Positions 16,202 to 23,144 of a stretch of DNA of 32,000 nucleotides are shown here, one piece after another (positions within the stretch are counted from its first letter, which is position 1; each line of letters begins with the position of its first letter). The notes under the pieces were generated by a model. It was not told the DNA's origin, did not search any database, and saw nothing but the letters and a program-made list of their open reading frames with translations. This stretch comes from Ignicoccus hospitalis KIN4/I. Its GTDB lineage: Archaea > Thermoproteota > Thermoprotei_A > Sulfolobales > Ignicoccaceae. The stretch is from NCBI RefSeq assembly GCF_000017945.1, contig NC_009776.1, forward strand, positions 810,001 through 842,000. The letters are read 5' to 3'. Both the position numbers and the translations under genes were made by a program.

Positions 16202-16888
16202 TCATCGGACCCCGAGGGCCGCGGCCAGCTCGCGGGGGGATTTCAACACCCTGGCCCACTTCTCCAACTTTTTCAGTATTTCTAGCTCCAACTCGTGGAC
16301 TTCGAAGGGCGCCTCGGAGAAGCATGATATAGCCCCGAACGGGCACTTGCCCACGCAAGCCTCGCACCCCACGCACCTCTCCAAGAGTATTCGCCTAACT
16401 CTGTCCCCCACTATCGCTCCGGTGGGACACGAGGCTTGGGGAGGACAAGCCTCGCACCCCACGCAGTCGTTAATGACGCACGGTAGGGTGGTAGACTTCA
16501 CCCAAGGGGCGTCCGTCGGCAAGGCCAAGATCTCCACTCCGGCCTTCCTAGCCATGGCTAAAGCCGTAGTAACCAAGTTGTCTGCTATTCCTAACACGAA
16601 CTTCGCTGCGGTGTTCGCAGTCATGGGGGCCACTACCACCGCGTCGTAAGCCCTCCGCATCACTCTCCCGTAGACGTGGGAGAGGGGCTTCGGGTCCACC
16701 TCCAGCTCCCTGTAGTAACCCCCTGTAGCTACCTCGAACTTCTTCAAGACGCCGTAGAGCTTCGCCACCTCGTAGCCTGCCTTACTAAATATTACCGTCA
16801 CTTGTGCCCTCTTAGCTAGCTTCTCAAAGACCTCGGCGCTCTCCCTCATCCAGTGCCCAGCGCCCGTAACCGCCCAGAGCACCTTCAA
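16202..16888 (-). CDS. HFCD-family archaeoflavoprotein (AfpA-like) fused to a 2x[4Fe-4S] ferredoxin domain (DmrX-like architecture)
   Basis: N-terminus 'MKVLWAVTGAGHWMRESAEV...VTVIFSKAGYEV' and 'VVAPMTANTAAKF' are typical of AfpA / the flavoprotein fold. The C-terminal half carries two CxxCxxC...CP clusters (CVGCEACPPQASCP and CVGCEACVGKCP). TTG start at 16888 with GGTGAT upstream. Confidence 0.75.
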   Translation of the reverse strand: MKVLWAVTGAGHWMRESAEVFEKLAKRAQVTVIFSKAGYEVAKLYGVLKKFEVATGGYYRELEVDPKPLSHVYGRVMRRAYDAVVVAPMTANTAAKFVLGIADNLVTTALAMARKAGVEILALPTDAPWVKSTTLPCVINDCVGCEACPPQASCPTGAIVGDRVRRILLERCVGCEACVGKCPFGAISCFSEAPFEVHELELEILKKLEKWARVLKSPRELAAALGVR

Positions 16889-17396
16889 CGCCCATCACCT
16901 TGGACAACTCGAATTTCCGCTCCTTCGTGGGGTTTCCCTCCTCCGCTTCCAGCCCGCTCACAAACACTTCGTCCGCCATCATAGAGGCTAAGAGCTTCGC
17001 CTTGTCGCCGTCGCTAAAGGCCGGCACACAAAGGCCGTTACCTCTGGGGCTCTGAACTACCGGAATTACCCTGTTTCCCAACGGGATTTTAATCAATTTC
17101 TCGAAGTTGTCGCCGTGGACGACTAGGAAGAGCAACTTCTCCTCCGAGGCCCTCGAGAGCTCCTCCGCCCTCGCCCCGTCGCCGTCTGACAGGAGGAAGT
17201 CGTAATCTTCCAGCTCGTTCGCCGCCCCGTCGACGGCCAGCTTAGGGCACCCCGTCTTGGGCGCTCCAAAGGGGCCGACCACTTCCACGCACTTGAGGCG
17301 AGGGACTTGTACTCCCCTGTCGAGAAGGGTCGCGACCTCCCACGCGCGCTTCTCTCTCTCTACGCTTAACCCCAAGGAGCGCAAGATTTCGAACAA
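16824..17396 (-). CDS. DUF115 / MptE-like protein (candidate 6-hydroxymethyl-7,8-dihydropterin pyrophosphokinase)
   Basis: The motif series 'AVDGAANEL', 'LLSDGDG', 'VVHGDNFEKL' and 'AFSDGDKAKLLA' matches the DxDG / HGDN / (F)(T/S)DGD pattern of the MptE family. Its 3' end overlaps the downstream flavoprotein gene by 65 nt. Confidence 0.55.
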   Translation of the reverse strand: MFEILRSLGLSVEREKRAWEVATLLDRGVQVPRLKCVEVVGPFGAPKTGCPKLAVDGAANELEDYDFLLSDGDGARAEELSRASEEKLLFLVVHGDNFEKLIKIPLGNRVIPVVQSPRGNGLCVPAFSDGDKAKLLASMMADEVFVSGLEAEEGNPTKERKFELSKVMGVEGALGGYGRWALDEGERRGL

Positions 17397-17423
17397 ATAG
17401 GGCTCCCAGCGGAGACATAAATC

Positions 17424-18974
17424 ATGAAACCCTTCGTTAATAAACTCCCGGATTGGGGGTCACCCGGTCGAGAGGGAGTGGGCGGTACCAAGAAGTTGAC
17501 TAGGGACAACCAGCACAAGTCAGCGAAGGTACTAAAGAACGAGATGCTTGGGACCAAGGTTGCCTACGAAGTCTCGAAGGGCTTCAAGCCGGACTTCTCG
17601 GACAATTTGCTGCTGTCCTCAAACTTGTACTCGAAGATTGAGGAGCTCGTGTTGGACGAAGTCATAGGGGGGATCAAACTGAAGGAGCCCACCCCCAACA
17701 TCTACGTCAAGTTCAAAAGCTTCGTCAACGCGAGCTCGACGGACGTATTCGCCTCCTTCGTGAACTACTACCTACACTTGCTCGCGTACAAGGCGGATGC
17801 GAACGTAGTCTTGGTGGCTTTCGACGAGCTCAAGAATAAGAACAGAATAATAGCAAAGAGGTTCGTCGCGTTGGCTCAGAAGCCGCGGGGGCCGGAGGGG
17901 GAACGCTCCGAAGAGGACGACACGGCCATACTGATAGGGTTACTGTTCTCGGACAGCCGCGCTAAGAGGTACAACCACAAGGCGTTGATTAGGAAGACGA
18001 AGAACGCCGCTCAAGGCTTCCTACAGAGGTACTCCCGGGAGCTGGGCCTCCCGAACGTAAAGCTTGCCGGCCCGACCCTCTTCGTCCACGTGGCCGCGGA
18101 GTTCCCCGAGAACGAAATAAAGATAGACGTGAGGGACGGGCACGAGAGCATAAAGATAACCATACCCTTGAGGGTTCCGGAGTGGAGCTTGGACGACTTC
18201 CCGGAGGAGTTGGGCGAAGAACTGAGAACCTTAGTTATAGACCCAATTACCAATAAGATGGCGTTTGCTCCGAAGGGGATGTTGCTCGTGGGGCCTCCCG
18301 GAGTGGGCAAGACCATCTTGGTCGAGGCGGTGGCGGGGGGGCTGGGGAGGAAGTTGTTGGAGCTCGAGCCGGGGATGTATAGGAGCATGTGGTACGGCCA
18401 GACCGAAAAGATCTTGAAAGAGATATTTAATGCTGTTAGCAAGAGAAAGGATGAGGTAGTGGTCCTCATAGACGACGCGGAGTTCTTGATGGACCGCGGC
18501 TTGGCGGTCCACGAGGGCTACGTAAGCGAGATGAACGTATTTCTGAAGCTATTACAGAACAGGGAAAGACCGCTAATAGCGATGACGACCAACCACCCCC
18601 AGCTGCTCGACCAAGCCCTGGTTAGGCCGGGCAGAGTAGACTTGGCCGTGATAGTGGGGTACCCCGACAAGGAGTTCCGGAGGAAGATCGTAGAGCGGGC
18701 GGCTAAGAGGTATGAGCTAAAGATGGACGAACACTTAATCGAGAAGGTGGTCAGAGTCACCCGGTGGTTCAGCAACGCGGAGATAGACTCGTTAATAAGG
18801 ATGGCTGCGGCCAAGGGTAAGGGCAAGATAACTGAGGAGAGCGTGGAGTGGGCCAGAAGGAGGTTCCACATAGACGAGGGGGAGAGGGAGAGGCTCCAAG
18901 AGTCGCTCCGCTGGTACGCGAACAAGCTACAAGGAATGGTAGTAAGCTACGTCAAGAACCCTTGGGAGGTGTGA
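17424..18974 (+). CDS. AAA+ ATPase (classical AAA clade, single ATPase module) with an uncharacterised N-terminal domain of about 280 aa
   Basis: Walker A 'GPPGVGKT' (18291-18314), Walker B 'VVVLIDDAEF', and second region of homology 'TTNHPQLLDQALVRPGRVD'. The start is uncertain: ATG 17424 is only 27 nt from the divergent gene, and TTG 17496 or ATG 17544 are alternatives. Confidence 0.8.
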   Translation: MKPFVNKLPDWGSPGREGVGGTKKLTRDNQHKSAKVLKNEMLGTKVAYEVSKGFKPDFSDNLLLSSNLYSKIEELVLDEVIGGIKLKEPTPNIYVKFKSFVNASSTDVFASFVNYYLHLLAYKADANVVLVAFDELKNKNRIIAKRFVALAQKPRGPEGERSEEDDTAILIGLLFSDSRAKRYNHKALIRKTKNAAQGFLQRYSRELGLPNVKLAGPTLFVHVAAEFPENEIKIDVRDGHESIKITIPLRVPEWSLDDFPEELGEELRTLVIDPITNKMAFAPKGMLLVGPPGVGKTILVEAVAGGLGRKLLELEPGMYRSMWYGQTEKILKEIFNAVSKRKDEVVVLIDDAEFLMDRGLAVHEGYVSEMNVFLKLLQNRERPLIAMTTNHPQLLDQALVRPGRVDLAVIVGYPDKEFRRKIVERAAKRYELKMDEHLIEKVVRVTRWFSNAEIDSLIRMAAAKGKGKITEESVEWARRRFHIDEGERERLQESLRWYANKLQGMVVSYVKNPWEV

Positions 18975-18979
18975 GCTGA

Positions 18980-19195
18980 GTGGCAATAACGTGGGAGCCC
19001 GTCTGGGAACTCGTTACGGTCGAGCACGAGGGCATGAGGATAAGGGTCTTAAGGGACAAGGAGACGGGCTTGCTGGCTTGTCCCATATGCTTGACTGAGA
19101 CCGTGAAAAAGAAGGGGAGGAAGGCCGCCGACGAGGGGTCGTTCTTCTTCGACGTCCAGTCCTTGATAGCGCACCTCACTACTCACGCCAGCTGA
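18980..19195 (+). CDS. Small C2H2-like zinc-finger protein (71 aa)
   Basis: GTG start with GGAGGTG 9 nt upstream, 5 nt after the AAA stop. Putative ligands are C-P-I-C (19079-19090) and H-L-T-T-H (19172-19186), with a basic KKKGRK linker between them. Confidence 0.55.
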   Translation: MAITWEPVWELVTVEHEGMRIRVLRDKETGLLACPICLTETVKKKGRKAADEGSFFFDVQSLIAHLTTHAS

Positions 19196-19602
19196 GGCCC
19201 CTCGTTCAACCGCTTCCAAGCCTTGACTGCAGCCTCCACGGCGCGGCGCGCGTACTCCTCTATCCTCTCGGCCGCTTGCTCCCGCGTGGCCCCGGGGCCT
19301 ATAACGCCTAAGGTGACGGGCTTCCCGTACTCCAAAGACAAGTCCATTAACTTCCTAGCGACCTGGTGGGCCACCACTTGGTCGTGGTCGGTCTCGCCCT
19401 TTATCACGGCGCCCAAGACAGCTACCGCGTCGCAGCCCTCCTCCAGCAGCCTCTTCGCGGCCAGCGGGGCCTCGAAAGAGCCCGGCACCTTGAGCACCAA
19501 GACCTCCTCCACCCCGAGGAACTTAGCGTGGTCCAGAGCCTTCTCTAGCATAAGTCTGGTTATATCGTAGTTGAACTCAGACACCACTATGCCGAGCCTC
19601 AC
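19183..19602 (-). CDS. ribH: 6,7-dimethyl-8-ribityllumazine synthase
   Basis: 139 aa. '[14 protein letters not shown]', 'VPGSFE(A)P' and '[13 protein letters not shown]' are lumazine synthase hallmarks. Confidence 0.9.
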   Translation of the reverse strand: MRLGIVVSEFNYDITRLMLEKALDHAKFLGVEEVLVLKVPGSFEAPLAAKRLLEEGCDAVAVLGAVIKGETDHDQVVAHQVARKLMDLSLEYGKPVTLGVIGPGATREQAAERIEEYARRAVEAAVKAWKRLNEGPQLA

Positions 19603-19641
19603 GCCCTCAACACCTTCCGTCCGGCTCTGGAGAGGAGCGTA

Positions 19642-20199
19642 TCAAGTTTTAGCGGCTACCACGAGGCCCAGGGAGGTCGGCACTACCAAGTACTTGACCT
19701 TGAGCTCTTTGAGCTTTTCGAAGAACGTCTGAGGAGGTGGCGGAAAGATCGCGTTGTGGAACAACATTACTCCTCCCTTACCCAACTTCTCATAGAGCAA
19801 TTCCAACACGTCTGGATACTGCTCCTTATCCACGTCTACGAACGCGAAGGCCACGGGCTCTTCGAACCCTTTTAAGAAATCCAAGGCGTCCCCGTGCACG
19901 GCCTCGAAACCGGCCTTCTCAGCCAAGCCCTTTAACTCTTCGAAGAATCTTGCCTCCCTCTCCACAGCTATGAGCCTCTTCCCGAAGGCCTTGGCTGCTT
20001 GGAGTATCCACAAAGCCGAGAAGCCTATTCCGGCGCCCAAGTCCAGCGCCACTCCCTCCGCGTTAGCCAGGGCGGCGAACGAGGTCCCTTGCAACACGTA
20101 AGCGTCCTCCAACGGTATGTGGGGTATTCCCAACCTCCGGGACCTCTCCATTACGTACCTATAGAGCTCTTCAAACCCCGTCATCTTGTGATTACCCAT
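19642..20199 (-). CDS. Class I SAM-dependent O-methyltransferase (family 3, YrrM/caffeoyl-CoA-OMT-like)
   Basis: SAM motif I 'VALDLGAGIGFS'. 'FAFVDVDKEQY...GGVMLFHNA' matches the family-3 'D.D K..Y ... DN' pattern. The second ATG at 20184 fits the TATA spacing better than ATG 20199. Confidence 0.7.
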   Translation of the reverse strand: MGNHKMTGFEELYRYVMERSRRLGIPHIPLEDAYVLQGTSFAALANAEGVALDLGAGIGFSALWILQAAKAFGKRLIAVEREARFFEELKGLAEKAGFEAVHGDALDFLKGFEEPVAFAFVDVDKEQYPDVLELLYEKLGKGGVMLFHNAIFPPPPQTFFEKLKELKVKYLVVPTSLGLVVAAKT

Positions 20200-20208
20200 T
20201 AATTCCCC

Positions 20209-20215
20209 ATATAAA
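20209..20215. promoter_or_regulatory. TATA box ATATAAA in the 36-nt divergent gap between the methyltransferase and the LeuRS-like gene
   Basis: It is the only A/T-rich element in the gap. Its centre is about 24 nt from TTG 20236 on the plus strand and about 28 nt from ATG 20184 on the minus strand. That spacing is compatible with leaderless or near-leaderless transcripts in both directions. Confidence 0.4.
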
Positions 20216-20235
20216 CTTCTCTACCGGGTGTACGG

Positions 20236-22773
20236 TTGCAACAGAAGTTCTTCGTTACCGCAGCTTTCCCCTACGCCCTCCCGCTCGACGTGGACGAGCT
20301 CGTAACTAGGGTGCGCTCCTACCTAGTAGCCGACGTGTACGCGAGGTACCACGAGGCTAGGGGGAGGAGGGTCCTATTTCCCATGGCTTTCCACTACAGC
20401 GGCACGCCCCTCGTTTCCTTCTACGAGAGGGTGAAGTCCCGCTCCCCGGAGGCGCTGAAGTTATTAAAGGAACTGGGCGTCCCCGAGGACGTAAAGAGCC
20501 CTAAGGAACTTGGGGACTTCATGTCCAGAAAGCTGAAGGAGCTCTTCGATTCGTTGAGGTTGAGGATAGATTGGGAGCACTCGTTCACCACGGAGGATCC
20601 CGGATTTAAGTCCTTTGTAAAGTGGATATACTTAAAACTGAAGGAAAAGGGCTTAGTGGTCAAGGGCACTTACCCGGTGCCGTGGGACCCGGTAGAAGAG
20701 GTCCCGGTGAGCTCCCACGACACTGAAGGCTTCAAGCAGATAAAGGTGGGATCCTTCTTCTTGTTAATGTTCGAGTTGAGCCCGGGCTTGTACTTGCCGG
20801 CGGCCGCCCGGCCGGAGACCTCATTCGGTATAACTAACATATGGATCAACCCCAAGGCAGAGTACAAGATAGTGGAGGCCGGCGGCAAGAGGATGATTAT
20901 GTCGTCCAAGGCAGCTTTTAAGATTAGGTTCCAGTTGGACGAGGTGTTTGAAGTAGGCAAGGTAGATCCTGAGGAGATCCTCGGCAAGAGGGCCGTCAAC
21001 CCCATAACTGGGGAGAGCGTGCCCGTGCTGCCCTCAAGCTCGGTGGACCCGGAGAGGGGAAGCGGCGTCGTGGCCTCGAAGCCTGCGCACGACGTGAACG
21101 ACTACCGCGAGGTGCAGAAGCTCTTGAGCAAACCCTTCGTGCTCGAGAGCTTCGACGTTGACCCGAAGGAGCTAGAGCCGAAGGCCGTGATAGAGCTGCC
21201 CGGGTGTGAGGTCCCAGCGGCTTGCTTCGAGGACAACAGGGAGCTCGTGCTCGCGGAAAGGAGCAAGGGCAAGCTCAAACCCGAAGCGGTCTTAAAGGCG
21301 TTGAAGGGCTCGGAGGACCAGTTCCTCAAGGGCTTGCTCTTGACCGTGTTGACCGAGCGACCGGTCGCGGAGGTCTCGGAAGTAATAAAGAGAGCTGCAA
21401 CCGTCGGGGGAGTTGCTTTAGAGTTTTACGACGTATTGAACGGACCGATAAGGTCTAGGTTCGGTAACGAAGTAGTGGTGAAGGTCCTCAAGGACCAGTG
21501 GTTCTTGAACTACGACGACGAGAAGTGGAAGAAGAAGGCGTTAGAGGTTCTTAGCCTGATGGAGGTGGTTCCCAAAGAAGTCTCGAGGTCCTTAGTAACG
21601 GTCATAGAAAGCCTCAAGAAGAGGGCGTTCGCTCTGGCACGGGGCTTGGGCACCCCGTTGCCGTGGGACGAGAACTTAGTAATAGACAGCCTCAGCGACT
21701 CCACCTTGTATTACTTGTTCTACCTATTTGCAGACGTCCTCAAGGACAAAGAAGTGAAACCCGAGGCGTGGGACTACTTGATACTGGGGGAGGGCAAGGC
21801 GGAAGACTTGAAGTACTTGAGGAAGAGGTTCTTGGAGTGGATGCCCCTAGACATGAGGGTTGTCCACGAGGAGCTCGTGAGCAACCACGTCGCCTACATG
21901 CTGTTCCACCACGCGGCCATCTTCGGAACCTCCAACGTTCCGAGGAAGTTGTTGGTAACTGGAGAGGTGGAGGGCGTCAGCGTAAACCCGTTTAAGGAGG
22001 ACCCGCAAGCCTTGAGGTTGTACTTGCTGACCGCGGCGAAGCCCACCTCGCCTCTGAAGTTCTCGGAAAAGGACCTCCGCGAGGTTCAAAAGAGGATAGA
22101 GGAGATACTCAAGGAGTGGCCCTCCGGGGACAGGGAGGCCGGGGAGCTCGAGGAGTGGCTGGAGTCGGCCTTGGCGCTGAGGGTTCAAAGGGCCGAGGCG
22201 GCGCTGGAGCAAGGGGACGTTAGGGAGGCGGCCCTACAAGCCCTGGGCTTCTTGAAGGACTTGAGGAGGTACTACCAGAGGTTGGAGGACAAGGGCTTGC
22301 CGCCCTCCAAGGAAGTGAGGAGGCTGCTGAGGGAGTGGGGCTCGCTGTTGTACCCGTTCGCGCCCTCGCTGGCGGAGGCCCTAGGAGGGGTCCCCCGGTG
22401 GCCTTCCTTGGAGCGGAACTTGGAGGTCGAGGCTAAAGAAGCATACTTCGATATGTTACTAAATGAAATTAAAAAGGTGAAGTCGGACAAAGTCCTAGTA
22501 GAGGTGGCCCCTAGGGAGGCGACTGAGGCGCTCAGGGAAGTGGTGGAGAGCGTGGAGGAGGGGGTCTGGGAAGAGCTGGAGGACGTCCCCCGGCAGCTGT
22601 TGGAGAGGGCCTTGAAGTTGAGCGAGGAGTGGAGGGAGTTGTTGTACTACATAAAGGACGAATACGAGATGGCGAGCTCCCTAAAGGAGGAGTTGGAGAG
22701 GAGGACCGGCAAGGAGGTCCACGTAAAGGTGGGAGACGCACAGCCCTTGTCCCCCAAGGTGAGGGGCCTTTGA
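20236..22773 (+). CDS. Leucyl-tRNA synthetase paralog with degenerate catalytic signatures (probable pseudo-synthetase)
   Basis: 845 aa with an archaeal LeuRS-like layout throughout ('FPY...', 'VLFPMAFHYSGTP', a CP1-type 'ARPETSFGITN', 'DSLSDSTLYY'). At the HIGH position it reads 'LPLDVDEL' (20266-20298). At the KMSKS position it reads 'GEVEGVSVNPF' (21961-21993). Confidence 0.8.
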   Translation: MQQKFFVTAAFPYALPLDVDELVTRVRSYLVADVYARYHEARGRRVLFPMAFHYSGTPLVSFYERVKSRSPEALKLLKELGVPEDVKSPKELGDFMSRKLKELFDSLRLRIDWEHSFTTEDPGFKSFVKWIYLKLKEKGLVVKGTYPVPWDPVEEVPVSSHDTEGFKQIKVGSFFLLMFELSPGLYLPAAARPETSFGITNIWINPKAEYKIVEAGGKRMIMSSKAAFKIRFQLDEVFEVGKVDPEEILGKRAVNPITGESVPVLPSSSVDPERGSGVVASKPAHDVNDYREVQKLLSKPFVLESFDVDPKELEPKAVIELPGCEVPAACFEDNRELVLAERSKGKLKPEAVLKALKGSEDQFLKGLLLTVLTERPVAEVSEVIKRAATVGGVALEFYDVLNGPIRSRFGNEVVVKVLKDQWFLNYDDEKWKKKALEVLSLMEVVPKEVSRSLVTVIESLKKRAFALARGLGTPLPWDENLVIDSLSDSTLYYLFYLFADVLKDKEVKPEAWDYLILGEGKAEDLKYLRKRFLEWMPLDMRVVHEELVSNHVAYMLFHHAAIFGTSNVPRKLLVTGEVEGVSVNPFKEDPQALRLYLLTAAKPTSPLKFSEKDLREVQKRIEEILKEWPSGDREAGELEEWLESALALRVQRAEAALEQGDVREAALQALGFLKDLRRYYQRLEDKGLPPSKEVRRLLREWGSLLYPFAPSLAEALGGVPRWPSLERNLEVEAKEAYFDMLLNEIKKVKSDKVLVEVAPREATEALREVVESVEEGVWEELEDVPRQLLERALKLSEEWRELLYYIKDEYEMASSLKEELERRTGKEVHVKVGDAQPLSPKVRGL

Positions 22774-23144
22774 GTCGCGAGGCGCTCGCGAAGAGGATGG
22801 CTAGGGCCTTCAAGGCCCTCGGCTTCTTCATATTTGAGGCTGACGAGTTGCCGGACGTCAAGGAGGTCCTCGAGGAGGCGAAGCTCCACGAGACTTTGAG
22901 GGTGGTGAAGCTTGGGGACGTAGACCTAAGAATTAAAAACTTGGAATTCGTCACATCGTACTACATGGTTACTTTGGACTTGGAGAGCTGCTTGAACTCT
23001 TGCAAGGACGACGAGTGCTTGAAGGCGTGTGCGGAGGAGAAGAAGGAAGCCGTGGCGAGGGCCTTGTTAGAGGTGAAGGGGCAGAAGCCCCAAGACCTCT
23101 CCTCCCTATTAAAGAGGCTGCGGGAAGGCTCGAGGGGGCAGTGA
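22770..23144 (+). CDS. Hypothetical small protein (about 124 aa) with a C-x3-C-x4-C-x3-C motif
   Basis: TTG 22770 overlaps the LeuRS-like TGA (TTGA); ATG 22797 is an alternative start. The motif 'CLNSCKDDECLKAC' lies at 22989-23030. The track's longer version (from 22629) lies inside the upstream gene. Confidence 0.5.
   Translation: MSREALAKRMARAFKALGFFIFEADELPDVKEVLEEAKLHETLRVVKLGDVDLRIKNLEFVTSYYMVTLDLESCLNSCKDDECLKACAEEKKEAVARALLEVKGQKPQDLSSLLKRLREGSRGQ

Noticed and set aside
22629-23140. N-terminal extensions of the two ORFs downstream of the LeuRS-like gene (track starts at 22629 and 23000)
   Set aside because: The extensions lie inside the preceding genes and are Gly/Arg-rich. In-frame TTG 22770 and GTG 23141, which form 4-nt overlaps with the upstream stops, are much more plausible starts.
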